Shown here one piece after another: positions 11,548 through 23,778 of a DNA stretch of 64,000 nt. The stretch is from Galeopterus variegatus (taxonomy: Eukaryota), in contig NW_007729415.1 in NCBI RefSeq assembly GCF_000696425.1, forward strand, positions 64,001 through 128,000. The letters are read 5' to 3'. The translations under genes and the position numbers were made by a program. Below the pieces are notes generated by a model that was not told where the DNA came from, ran no database searches, and saw only the letters and a program-made list of their open reading frames with translations. Each line of letters opens with the position of its first letter. Position 1 is the first letter of the stretch.

Positions 11548-12560
11548 TGCTATAACAGAAGTACCTGAGACTGGGTAATTTATAAAGGAAAGAGGTTTAT
11601 TTGGCTTACAATTCTGGGACAGCTGCATCTGGCACAGGCCTCAGGCTGCTTCTACTCATGGCAGAAAAGCGGCAGGCAGCCGGTGGGTACAAGCAGATCA
11701 CATGGCGAGAAGAATCAAGAGAGAGGAAGCAAAAGAGAGAAAGAAGGTGCCAGAGTCTTTTTAAGCAATGAACTCTCGCGGGAACTAATAGAGCAAGAAC
11801 TCACTCATTACCCCTCCTCCTCCAGGGAGAGCATTAATCCATTCATGAGGGATCTGCCCGCATGACTCAATCAGTTTCCAACACTGCCACATTGGAGATC
11901 AAATTTCCACATAAGTTTTGGAGGGGACAACACATCCAAACTCCATCATTCCACCCCTGGCCCCCCCAAACTCATGCTCCTCTCACAAACAAAATACAAT
12001 CATTCTATCCCAACAGTCCCAAAAGTCTTAGCTTGCTCCAGTACCAACTTAAAAGTCCAAAGTCTCATCTGAGACCAAAAGCAAAAGTTCTCCTAGCTGT
12101 GAACCTGAAAAACAAAACCAAATTTATCTACTGCCAAGATACAGTGGTGGAACAGACGTTGGGTATACATACCCATTCCAAAAGGGAGGAATAGGCCATA
12201 AGAAAGGAAAATCAGGTCCCAAACAAGTCTGAAACCCAGCAGCGCAGACATTATGTCTTAAAGCTCCAAAATAATGTTCTTTAACTCCAAGTCCTGCATC
12301 CTGGGCACAATTGGGCATCTGGGCCCCCAAAGCATCAGGTAGCCTTGTTTCCACAGCTCTACCAGGCACAGCCCAGTGGGCCATGCTATTGCCTGTGGCT
12401 TTTCCAGGCCTGCATTGCACATTACCAGTGGCCCTGCAGTTCTGGGGTTCTGGCAGCAGCCCCGCTGCCTTGGCTCTACTAGACATTTCCCTGGTGGGGG
12501 CTCTCTATGGGGGCTCTGACCTCACTTTTCTGCTTGCCATTGCTCTAGTAGATGGCCTCT
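11548..12560 (-). mobile_element. ERVL-MaLR (THE1/MST-like) LTR with adjoining internal sequence, inserted in L1 ORF2
   Basis: Reverse complement of the MaLR LTR termini: …ctgggtaatttataaaggaaagaggtttatttggct… …atttccacataagttttggaggggacaacacatccaaactccatca. Confidence 0.5.
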
Positions 12561-12716
12561 GCGGTGGCTCCACCCCTGTGGCAGGTCTCTACACAAAATG
12601 GACAAATTCCTAGAAACAAAAACCCTAAACCAGGACTAAATCACAAAGAAATAGAAAATCTTAATAGACCTATAACCAAAAAGGAGATTGAATCAGTGAT
12701 CAAAAATCTCCCAACA

Positions 12717-12884
12717 GGGCCGGCCCGTGGCTCACTCGGGAGAGTGGTGCTGATAACACCAGGGCCGTGGGTTCGGATCCCATATAGGGATGGCTGGTTA
12801 GCTCATTGGGTGAGTGTGGTGCTGACAACACCAAATCAAGGGTTAAGATCCCCTTACCGGTCATCTTTAAAAAAAAAAAAAAAA
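12717..12884 (+). mobile_element. A-type dimeric SINE
   Basis: TSD aaaaatctcccaaca at 12703-12716 and 12881-12895. Poly(A). Confidence 0.85.
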
Positions 12885-13763
12885 TCTCCCAACAAAGAAA
12901 AGCCCTGGATGTGATGGATTTACTGGTGAATTCTACCAAACACTTAAAGAATTAATTAATACCAAACTTTCTCAAACTTTTCCAAGAAAAACTTAAGGAG
13001 AGGAACACTTCCTACCTCATTCTGTGATTCCAGCATTACCCTGATATCAAAGCCAAAGATGCCACAAGAAGAGAAAATTGCAGACCAATATCCCTTATGA
13101 ACATTGATGCAAAAATCCTCAAAATATTAGCAAACTGAATTTAGTGGCATATTAAAAGGATTATAAGCCACAACCAAGCGGGATTTATTCCTGGAATGCA
13201 AGGATGGTTCCACCACAAAAAATTATCAATGTAATACATCACATTAACAGAATGAAGAGGAAAAAAACCCCACCATGATCATCTCAATTGATGCAGAAAA
13301 AGCATCTGACAAAATTCAAAACCTTTCATTGACAAAAAACACTCAACAAACTAGAAAACCATTTTAACATAATAAAAGCCATATATGAAAGATCCACAGC
13401 ATTTTCCTCTAAGATCAAGAACTAGACAAGGATTCCTGTTCTCATCACTTCTATTTAATGTAGTACTGAAAGTTCTAGCTAGGGCAATTATGCAAGAAAA
13501 AGAAATAAAAGGCATCCAAATTGGAAAGGAAGAATTAAAATTATCTCTGCAGATGATATGATATTACATGTAGAAGACTCTAAAGATCCACAAAAACAAG
13601 TTAGAAACATTACATGAGTTCAGCAAAATAGAAGGATACCAAGTCAACAGACAAATTAAGTTGCATTTCTGTATTCTAACAATGAACAATCTGAAAAGAA
13701 AATTACCAAAACAAGTCCACTTGCAGTAGCATCGAGAAGAATAAAATACTTAGGAATTAATTA

Positions 13764-13930
13764 GGGCTGGCCTGTGGCTCACTTGGGAGAATGTGGTGCT
13801 GATAACACGAAGGCCCCAGGTTCGGATCCCATATAGGGATGTCCGGTTAGCCCACTTGGGAGAGCGTGGTGCTGCCAACACCAAGTCAAGGGTTATAATC
13901 CCCTTACTGGTCATCTTAAAAAAAAAAAAA
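13764..13930 (+). mobile_element. A-type dimeric SINE
   Basis: gggctggcctgtggctcacttgggagaatgtggtgctgataacac… then poly(A). Splits the L1 [20 protein letters not shown] junction. Confidence 0.8.
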
Positions 13931-14125
13931 TTACCAAACATTGCTAAAAGAAATTAAAGAAGACACAATTAAATTGAAACAGATCCTGTGTTCATGGATT
14001 AGAATACTTAATATTAAGATATTGATACTACCCAAAGTGATCTACACATTTAATGTAACCCCCATCAAAATCCCAATGTCATTTTTTTTTTCAGAAATAG
14101 AAAAACCCATCCTAAAATTCATATA

Positions 14126-14294
14126 CGGCCCGTGGCTCACTTGGGAGAGTGTGGTGCTGATAACACCAAGGCCACGGGTTCGGATCCCTATGTATGGGGA
14201 TGGCCAGTTGGCTCACTTCGGAGAGCGTGGTGCTTACAACACCAAGTCAAGGGTTAAGATCCCCTTACCGGTCATCTTTAAAAAAAAAAAAAAT
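14126..14294 (+). mobile_element. A-type dimeric SINE, slightly 5'-truncated
   Basis: TSD aaaattcatat at 14114-14124 and 14291-14301. Confidence 0.8.
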
Positions 14295-14843
14295 TCATAT
14301 GCAATCTCAAGGGATCCTGAATAGCCAAAATCATCTTGAAAAAGAAGAACAAAGCTGGAAGATTCATACTTCCTGATTTCAAAACTTAATACAAAGCTAC
14401 AGTAATCAAAACAGTGTGGTGTTGGTATAAAGACAGATATATAGATCAATGCAATAGATGAGAGAGCCCAGATATAAACCCTCACATATATAGTCAAATG
14501 ATTTTTGACAAGGGCGCTAATACCATTTGATGGGGTAAGAATAATCTTTTCAACAAATGGTGGTGATGATGGTGGTGGGAGAAAATGGATATCTGCATGC
14601 CAAAGAATGAAGATGGACCCTTATCTAATGCAATGTACAAAAATTAACTGAGAATGGACTGAAGACCTAAACTTAAAAGCTAAAACTATAAAATTCTTAG
14701 AAAACTTTGGGAAAAGCTTCATGACATTGGATTTGGCAGTGATTTCTTGGATATGACACCAAAGGCACAGGCAACAAAAGAAAAAATAGGCAAATTGGAT
14801 TTCATGAAAAGTAGAAGTTTTGTGCATCAATACATAACATCAG

Positions 14844-14944
14844 GGCTGGCCAGTTAGCTCAGCTGGTTAGAGCTTAGTGCTGACAACACCAAGGTCTAGT
14901 GTTCAATCCCTGTATTAGCCAGCTGCCAAAAAAAAAAAAAAAAA
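14844..14944 (+). mobile_element. Monomeric tRNA-like SINE
   Basis: gggctggccagttagctcagctggttagagcttagtgctgacaacaccaaggtctagtgttcaatccctgtattagccagctgcc then A17. A-box and B-box present. Confidence 0.8.
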
Positions 14945-15472
14945 GTAAAAATAGAATTACTTAATGATCTAGAAATTCCATTTCTGGGTATATACACAAA
15001 AAAATTGAAAGCAGGGTCTTGAAAGAATATCTGCATACCCATGTTCATATGAAATTATTCACAAGAGCCAAAAGGTGGAAGCAACCCAAGTGTCCATTGA
15101 TGGATGAATGGATAAACAAAATGTGGTATATACATTCAATGGAATATTATTCAGCCTCAAAAACAAAGGAAATTGTGGCACATATTACAACATAGATGAA
15201 CCTTGAGGATATTATGCTAAATGAAAATAAGCCAGTACCAAAAAGACAAATATTGTATGATTCCACTTATATGTGTTACCTAGAATAATCAAATTCATGA
15301 AGACAAAAAGTAGAATGGTGGGTGCCAGGGGCTGGGGGAAGGGAGAATGGGGAGTTATTGTTCAATGGATATAGAATTGCAGTTCCACAGGATGAAAAGC
15401 GTTCTGGAGATTGGGTGCACAACAGGGTGAATGTAATTTATGCTACTGAACTGTACTCTCTCTCTCTCTCTC

Positions 15473-15555
15473 TTTTTTTTTTTGGAGGCTGTCTGGTATG
15501 GGGATCCAAACCCTTTAACACCATACTCTAACCAACTGAGCTAACTGGCCAGCCC
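15473..15555 (-). mobile_element. Monomeric tRNA-like SINE next to (CT)n at the L1 3' end
   Basis: T-run then ggaggctgtctggtatggggatccaaaccctttaacaccatactctaaccaactgagctaactggccagccc. Confidence 0.75.
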
Positions 15556-15972
15556 TTGAACGGTACTCTTAAAAATGGTTAAGATGGTAAGTTTTATATT
15601 ATATATTTTACCATAATTTAAAAATTCTTAAAAACAAAGAAAAAAATTTTCAAGCAGACTATATTATCACAAACTTGGATTTGTTCATATAAGCTTTTCC
15701 CAGAAATTAAATTATCTCAGATGGTAAATTATTTACCCTCACCCAGACCTGGAAGCATACAAGACAAATATTTATTCTTCTAGTAGGTATATGCTTTTAG
15801 ATTAGTCCATGACTTGAAATGCTTTAGAAACAAAGAGATTTCCTGACATCTACAAAAATCTCTATGAAATGGACAGCAGATTAAAACCTTTTAGATGCTT
15901 TCCTATTACCTAAGGATGTAGCCATAATCAAACTGGAGTTTAGAAAAAAATGCTTCTTGACATTGCCCACAG

Positions 15973-16251
15973 GGCCAGCCCGTGGCTCACTCCGTAGAGT
16001 GCGGTGCTGATAACACCAAGGCCACAGGTTCGGATCCTATATAGGGATGGCCGGTTTGCTCACTGGCTGAGCGTGGTGCTGACAACACCAAGCCAAAGGG
16101 TTAAAATCCCCTTACCGGTCATCTTTCAAAAAAAAAAAAGGGGGCCGGCCCGTGGCTCACTCGGGAGAGTGCGGTGCTGATAACACCAAGGCCACGGGTT
16201 CGGATCCCATATAGGGATGGCCGGTTTGCTCTCTGGCTGAGCGTGGTGCTG
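15973..16251 (+). mobile_element. Two A-type dimeric SINEs head-to-tail: a full copy with poly(A) at 15973-16139, then a 3'-truncated copy with no tail at 16141-16251
   Basis: Flanks ttgcccacag (15963-15972) and cccacag (16252-16258). Confidence 0.7.
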
Positions 16252-16307
16252 CCCACAGTAGGAGAGATAAACTGACAGTAATATTGAACCGGTATTGATG
16301 GGGGTAA

Positions 16308-16477
16308 TTTTTTTTTTTTTTTTAAAGATGACTGGTAAGGGGATCTTAACCCTTGGCTTGGTGTTGTCAGCACCACGCTCAGCCAGTGAGCGAACCGGCC
16401 ATCCCTATATGGGATCCGAACCCGTGGCCTTGGTGTTATCAGCACCGCACTCTCCCGAGTGAGCCACGGGCCGGCCC
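16308..16477 (-). mobile_element. A-type dimeric SINE
   Basis: TSD tgatgggggtaatttt at 16295-16310 and 16478-16493. Confidence 0.85.
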
Positions 16478-17232
16478 TGATGGGGGTAATTTTAAGGGTA
16501 TTGCTGAGAATGTTTCCAGTGTATGCCCTGCCTTCCAATGACATAGTCCTGGCAGGACGATAAAGGTAGGACAAAGACAGAAACCAAAGCCTCAAGGCCA
16601 CGTGAACACCTCCAAATGAACTATGAATGACCTGGTTATTGTTTTATTATCACGGTAGATTGAGGCTCTCTCTTGCTGGAGGGCTATGTATCTAATGGTG
16701 GAGAAAAAATTACTTGATTTTTTTATTCATAACATGGGAGGGGGTCGCAATTTATCTCTCTAGTAACAGACTCATATTTCACTGGTATTATTTTTAAAAC
16801 GATTCTATATAACTTTACCTTTTGCTGTGAAAATACACCATCCATATCATGCACAATCTTCAGGAAAAATAGAACAACAGAAATTTGAAAATTCATATAT
16901 ATCAAAGCCCTCAGAAACCCAAAATTTTGCCTTCATTTTGATGGCAATAAGTCAATTCCCTTGAGGACCTATAAGTTATCTCCTTCTGAGTTAATAACAG
17001 ACTGCCCCATGCATTTGGGAATTATTTCCAATTTTAGATCAGCCCTATTATACATGTGTACCCTATTATACATATATTATTAGACTAATTACTGTGAGGG
17101 ACTCACATAGAACCTCCAGATTTATCACTAATAAGTACAAGGTGCATTTCCAAAATATCTACCTAAGTAGCTGTGTGTGTTTTGAAACCTAGAGATTTGG
17201 TCTTCTGGAAAAGAATAAAAAAACTGCACTTG

Positions 17233-17477
17233 AGGGCCGGCCTGGTGGCGCACTGCTACAGTGCGCCGCTTGGGAGTGTGGTGGCGCTCCCGCCGAGGGT
17301 TCGGATCCCACATACAGACCGGTTCCCGCTCACTGGCTGAGCGAGGTGCGGGCCCAACACCGAGGGTTGCGATCCCGTTGCCGGTCCCGGTCCCGGTCCG
17401 GTACAGGTGCGACACTGAGGGTTGCGGTCCATTGCCGGACACGAAAAAAGACAAAAATGAAAAAAAAAAAAAAAAAA
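17233..17477 (+). mobile_element. B-type SINE with a third 3' module (trimer-like, 245 bp)
   Basis: …ggtcccggtcccggtccggtacaggtgcgacactgagggttgcggtccattgccggacacgaaaaaagacaaaaatgaaaaaaaa. TSD aaaaactgcacttga. Confidence 0.8.
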
Positions 17478-18472
17478 CTGCACTTGAACCATTAGGAAAA
17501 GCACTTTAACAGGTAATTGATGCAACAACAAAACTCAAGTTGTTGATCCTTGAATTCATGTTTCCAACTGAAGAGACATACATCACCTTCAGCAGGAGAC
17601 AACAGCATATTTTGTTCTTCAGTACCCCTTTTCATACTCTTTCTGTTATGTTGCCTATTAATGTCTTTAATACCTTCTCTAATTAATTAACGTTTTCTTT
17701 ATATGATCTTCCTTATCTTCATCCTGTTACTTTTGACTCCCTATGATCTTACTTTACTTTACTGCTGTGTATTTATCACACCTCAGCTATTTAACTGATT
17801 ACTGGGTGTGTTGCCGCCCACCTAACCCTGCTGACAAACATGTAATAACTTTAAACACTTCAGGAGATAGCTTTCCTTCTACAGGTTTTTTCTGGTCTTA
17901 AGGTTTCCTTACCTAATTACCAAACTTTGATCTTGTGAAAACTGGACTTGAACAAAATGCTTCTGCTGAGGTCCTTATAACCCTATTGGTAAAACCCAGC
18001 CTATCACGATGGGGAACTAATGTTGGGACTATCCTTGCTACAATAATCAGTTTGTTCTCTTCAGACACTCCAGCCTACTTTGCAGGAACTGTGTCATTTC
18101 ATCTAAATTGGCTATTTCTATTGTTAAGAATGATACTTAAACTCTCAATGCGACCTATCCCCTACTAGAGTCCTCCTACTTCTTATGTAAACAGCAGGCT
18201 TTTACCTGCCTGCTGCACACTAACTTACCCTCTTTATTTGGGGTAATTGTTAGAGCCTTTCAGATATTTCATAAATATTTGTCTTGTTTGTAGGAAATAT
18301 TTGACCATGTTTCTTAATCGAAGATAGTTTATTTTCCAGTTTGTTTTTTATGAAGGCCTTTATGTGCTGCTTTACTTTAAAGATACCAAATATAAACTCT
18401 TACTTAAAAATCACTACTCACTCTCTTAACCATTCTCCTGGGAATTGATACTTCTGAGTTGCTTTTCTTTAT

Positions 18473-18567
18473 GGGGGGCGGGGCGCAGCTGGCCAGCTAA
18501 GGGATCAAACCCAGGACCTTTGTATTATTAGCACCATGCTCTAAGCAGCTGAGCTAACCGACCAGCT
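18473..18567 (-). mobile_element. Monomeric tRNA-like SINE
   Basis: gggcgcagctggccagctaagggatcaaacccaggacctttgtattattagcaccatgctctaagcagctgagctaaccgaccagc. Confidence 0.7.
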
Positions 18568-18898
18568 CAGATATTTTAAATGACCACGTCTCCAGTGTAT
18601 CATGTTTTCCTGAGAATGATATCCAGAAGCATCCAAAACAAGGCAAGAACAGGCTACTCAGGAAAACTCCCAGGAGGGAGAACTAAATCCCTTATCATGC
18701 ATACTATATGGGCTGTACTTTCCAGAGTAGGGGTATTACTGGAAAAGGCAATCCAGAACTTACCTCTAACCCTAGCAGACATCATAAATGACACAACTTC
18801 TACTCAGAAGCCCAACAACCAATTTAAATTCATTAACCAAGGGCAAATGTATGCCATAGTAAACACCTCTTGCTGCACCTGTATAAATACTACAGGTC

Positions 18899-19098
18899 GG
18901 GCCAGCCCGTGGCTCACTCGGGAGAGTGCGGTGCTGATAACACCAAGGCCCCGGGTTCGGATCCCATACAGGGATGGCCGGTTAGCTCACTGGGTGAGCA
19001 TGGTGCTGACAACACTAAATCAAGAGTTAAGATCCCCTTACCGGTCATCTTTTTTAAAAAAAGATAAATAAATAAAATAATTAAATAAATAAATAAAT
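18899..19098 (+). mobile_element. A-type dimeric SINE whose tail has become an (AAAT)n microsatellite
   Basis: TSD aaata(c/g)tacaggtc at 18885-18898 and 19095-19108. Tail aaaaaaagataaataaataaaataattaaataaataaataaat. Confidence 0.8.
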
Positions 19099-19724
19099 AG
19101 TACAGGTCAAGTACAGTCTGTGACTATGCTAAAAGAAAAAGTCACTTTTATCTCCAAAAAAGACAAGCTGGACTTTGGGACATGTTTTCATTGCCCAAGT
19201 TTGATAATCTAGGCCCATGTCTTTATGACCTATTACAAGGATTTATTACCATCTTTGTTTCTTGTAATTTCCCATGATTCAGTTGGTTAATGCACTCTGC
19301 CCAGAGTCTTAAATGCTACTGCGCAACCATTGTCATATCACAGGATTCGAGAACTCTTTCTGCAATAAAAGGAGGAGGAGAGACTAACTTTAGTCCAACT
19401 ATAGACATTTTCTTGACAATCTCCTGATGAGCAAAATCTTGGCAATAGTGAAGAGCTAGAAAGCAGACTAAACTCCTGAGGCTTGACTCCATCTGCCTTG
19501 GCCAAGAGGGGAGGCTGAGCAAGAGAAGGCAACCCCTGACACCTGGAGCTGGCCTGACACTATCATCTAGGCCTTTATGTTGACAGGAGCCAGAATGACA
19601 CTCATAGCTAGGTAGTTGTTTTCTCTTGATGAACATAAACAATTTTGTAGAACACCAACATCCCAAAGACTAGGCCACTCTATGGCTGTGGTGGATCAAG
19701 ACAAAAACAAGACCACTGTATTAG

Positions 19725-20075
19725 TCCATTTCTGTTGCTTATAACAAAATACATGGAACTGGGTGATTTATAAAGAAAATGAAATTTATTACTTACAGTT
19801 TCTGAGGCTGGGAAATCCAAAGTCCATCTAGTGGTTGCCACAGTGACCCAGGGGTCTCATGTTGCAAGATGGTGGAAGCAGAGAGAGCAGAGAGAGACAG
19901 TTCCTCATACACTGTCCTTTTAAAGCCCTCAGAACCATGCCCGTGACCACCATTTTTAATCCATTCATTATGGCATCGTCCTACAATCCAATCACCTTTC
20001 AAGGCCCCACTTTTCAATTACCATACCAGGATTTCCCACCCTCAACAGTTATAGTGAGAGTTAAGTTTCAGTGAG
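19725..20075 (-). mobile_element. ERVL-MaLR LTR (MLT/MST-like), solo
   Basis: …ctgggtgatttataaagaaaatgaaatttattacttacagtttctgaggctgggaaatccaaagtc… …ccataccaggatttcccaccctcaacagttatag. Confidence 0.5.
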
Positions 20076-20480
20076 GTTGGGGGTGGGGGTGGGGGAGCAT
20101 CCAGTACTCATGTCTGAACTCATGTACTCATGTCTGAACACAGACAAAAACAAGAATTTTATCCAAATTATTTAGTCTTGCTCCTTTCCTCCCACCTTTT
20201 AGATAAAAATTATTAAGATATCCAATCACAGAATTGCCTCCACTTCCTGATAGCATCCAAACCAAAGCAAAGCCCCTTTCCTTGAATCCTTCTCAGAAGC
20301 CTAACTCAAGCACAAGTCCTATAAGAAGTCATTTTCAAAACCCTCTTACTGCAAAACCTCACAGTTTCCTGTATTGTGTGGTTCCCCTCATTGCAATGAG
20401 TCAATAATCCCAACATTGTTCAATTTTAAGTGTGTTCTTGGTGGCCCTTGACAGGAGGGCATTGACATTAAAAATCGTAC

Positions 20481-20650
20481 TTTTTTTTTTTTTTTTTAAA
20501 GATGACCGGTGAAGGGATCTTAACCCTTGGCTTGGTGTTGTCAGCACCACGCTCAACCAGTTAGCTAATCAGCCATCCCTATATGGGATCCGAACCTGTG
20601 GCCTTGGTGTTATCAGCACTGCACTCTCCTGAGTGAGCCACTGGCCGGCC
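20481..20650 (-). mobile_element. A-type dimeric SINE
   Basis: TSD ttaaaaat(c/t)gta. T17 tail. Confidence 0.8.
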
Positions 20651-21935
20651 CTTAAAAATTGTATTTTTTTCTCAGTGAAAGATATTGATTTTTTAAAAGT
20701 TGGTTCCAAACAAGTTTTAAATACTCTAATATCAGACAAAACAGGTCTCTGAGTTAGATTTAGCCTGAGGGTTGCCAGTTAGCAACCTTTCAGTTGGATG
20801 ATCTCCCTTCTGGATATAAAGTTTAATACTGTTATGAACAGTTGACAGCTATTAAGCGCCTAAATTGAAGGAGGAATAGAACACATACTTTCACATGTAT
20901 TATTTTATTTAATGTTCTTTTCTACTAAGTCATTCATGCTGTGCCATTTGCAAGGTTGCTGCTGCATGTTTGATTATAAATGAGGTCAAATCCCTATTTT
21001 ACAGGAAGATGCTGATGTATACCCATTCCCTTCTCACTGTGAGCCTGTAGCCATGGGAACTGTGATCAAGTACACAATAACACCTCCATGAACAAATCCT
21101 CAGGGAACAAAGTTCATTTTAATGAAGCTCACTTGACCACAGAGGAATCTGGGGGATTTTCTGAGCTTCTCAGCTTTGTGCCACCTCCTGACTTTAAAAT
21201 GCCTCTGGAGGAGGAGAAAGTGGAGCTACCTCAGGTATGAGCTTCTTCCTGGGAGCTGGGACTTGGGCCAGGCAAAGAAGAGCTGTGTGGAAAATTCTCC
21301 CAAACCTGCTTCTCCTGAGGAGAAAGCAGGAGAAGAGCCTTGTATAACAGCTCCCCAGGTCTTTGAGGGCTTTACTAGTTCTATGAGTGTATGGATCAAG
21401 CCTGGAGTATAGAAGGAACTCTAGCATCACCCAGGGTATTGTCTAGAGTATCTTGAAGGACCCTTCTAGCCCTGGAATCAGAAGAGCAAGGAACCCAATT
21501 ATGTGATGGCTGCTTTGCCTGTGAAGGTGGAAGGGAACAGAAAAAGCTTTAGGTTAAGAGATGGTGTTGGTACCCCACTAACTCATTTCCCTTTCTGCAT
21601 CCCTGCCGTTTCTCAACAATATGTCCTTCACTTCATTCTCCAAAAAGCCCAGGGACCTTTGCCTTCCTCTGACTACCTGAGGTGAGCCCTGGGAACCCTT
21701 ATGCTTACCAGACCCTGCCCTTCTCCTTACCTCTGTTCTGTAGGCCAAGATTTCTGCCTCAGTTTCCCTGTCTGACAATTCAGTTTCCCTAGGACTGGAG
21801 CTGTCCCTTACCTTTGGCATCCCAGAGTCCCTTAGCCAGTGCTGACCTCTGGAGGCAGGACTGTCTCCCTATGCTTGTAGGGTCAGGCTGGGCTTTGCTG
21901 TAGAAGAAACTGATTACTTAGAATCCCCATTCTGA

Positions 21936-22048
21936 GGGCTGGCTGGTTAGCTCAGGGTTGGGTAGAGTATAGTGCTAATAACACCAAGATCCAGGGTTCG
22001 ATCCCTGTACCAGACAGCCTCCAAGAAAAGGAAAAAAAGAAAAAAAAA
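21936..22048 (+). mobile_element. Monomeric tRNA-like SINE with an A-rich tail
   Basis: gggctggctggttagctcagggttgggtagagtatagtgctaataacaccaagatccagggttcgatccctgtaccagacagcc. Confidence 0.7.
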
Positions 22049-23778
22049 TTCTCATTCTGAATATAGTCACTACCAGGAATCTCCAGCTGCCAACTGGATA
22101 CCTATGGAAAAGTTAGGGTGGCCAACACAAAGGCTTGAGGGTGAGAGTGGTCCTGACATATTTGCAGAGCCTCAAGGAGGCCGGTGGACTGAGGGAGAGA
22201 AAGGATAGTCATAAATGGGGTCAGAGAGGTGATAGGAGCTCAGAGAACCTTGGAGACCTTTGGGACAACTCTGGCTGTAGGTGAAATGAAGAATCACTGC
22301 AGGGTTTTAAGTAAAGAAGTGACATGATCTCACTTTTTTGTTAGATCACTCTGGCTGCTGTATTTAGAACAGATAGTGGGGAGAGGGGTAGAAGCAGGGA
22401 GACCAGCTGACTTGCTGACTTGTTCAGATGATGGCAGCTCAGACCAACGAGGTAGTTGTGGAGGTAGTGCAAAGAGGTTGGATTCTGGATATGTTTTTAA
22501 GGTAGAGCCATACAAATGGAAGTGGACTAAGAGCAGAAGAGAGGAGTCAATGACCTCAAGGTTTTTGGGCTGAGCTGCAGAAAAAATGGAGTTGCCATCA
22601 ACTGAGATAGGAAGGCTGAAGGTAGGGGAGGTTTTGGGGGAAAAGATCTAGAATTCAGTTTTGGACATGTGAAGTTTCGGAGACCTATTAGACATCCAAG
22701 TGGAGATGTCAAATAGGTAGTGAAATATAAGAATCTGGTGTTTAAAACTAGAAATATAAATTCAGCATGTGCATGAGGAGTAGATGTTTGTCATATAGAC
22801 AAGGGTGGGAAGCAATCCAGGTGAAAGAAATGGCTTGAACACAGGCACAAACATTTGAAACAGCAGCTTATGTTTGGATAACCATAAACGTTCAGCTTTT
22901 GTTGGAGCTTAAAGTGCAAGGATGGTTGTAGCAATGGTAGATGGTGCTGCAGAGGTAAGCAGGAATAGGACAGCCAGGGGTCTTACAGAGCAAACCAGGA
23001 AACCAACTTCACCTTGAAAATGGCAGCAAATGAATGAGCAAATTGGCATTTTAGAATGATCATTCTGTGTCTGAGAGAAGGAATTCAGGGAACCTAGTTT
23101 GAAGATCATTTCAACAGTCCATGCAAGAGAGATGCTGAGGGCCCACACAAAGGCAATGGCAGTCGAAAAGGAGAGGAAAGAGTAAATTTGAGAAACATCT
23201 GTAAGGCAGGAAAGTTTCAGTGACTGATTGGATATGAGGGACTGAGGATTCAGGAGAGGGAAGGATGATTCCTAGGTTTCGGCTTGCAGGAGTATAGATG
23301 GTGGTGTCATCCAAGACAGGAAACAGTGAATGCAGAGGAGGAGCAGTTGTGAATATAACATGAGCATGTGAGTCCTGCTTTGGATATCTGAGTTGCAGGT
23401 GCCTGTGGATCTGTCCATCAGGCAGTTGGAGGTTGGATATTTTGGCCAAAAGCCTTGTGTTTGTGATTTTTGGATCCATTAGCATTAGTCACAAAGGGAT
23501 AGTTAAAACCATGGGTGTGTGTTTTGGCTGAGGGAGGAACCAGTAGAGAGGAGCCCTTGTTTCTCCCTTTCCCTCCATCACCAAGTCCTGCTGGCTGTGC
23601 CTGCACAATGTATTTTCAGTTCATCATCCACTTGTCTCCAACTCTACTGTGATGACCCTGGTCCCAGCCCATCGTATCTTCCCTGCATTCTGGGGACTGT
23701 TCCTAACTAGTTTCTCCTCTCCCACTTTTCCCCCCTTTCAGTCTTCTTTCCATCTAGTGGCCAGAGTGATCTTTTTTT

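Larger units (their letters stand above)
11180..15470 (+). mobile_element. Ancient L1 element covering the ORF2 endonuclease end, reverse transcriptase, C-terminus and 3' end, with stops. Interrupted by a MaLR and four SINEs
   Basis: Plus-strand ORF2-like peptides: …DLTDIYRTLYST…, …NLNRPITKKEIESVIKNLPT…, …[45 protein letters not shown]…, …WKQPKCPLMDEWINKMWYIHSMEYYSA…. Confidence 0.75.

Noticed and set aside
14844-14927. tRNA-like sequences with A and B boxes as possible genuine tRNA genes
   Set aside because: All such copies carry poly(A) tails and TSDs, lack a complete acceptor or anticodon cloverleaf, and occur in many diverged copies. They are SINEs, not tRNA genes.
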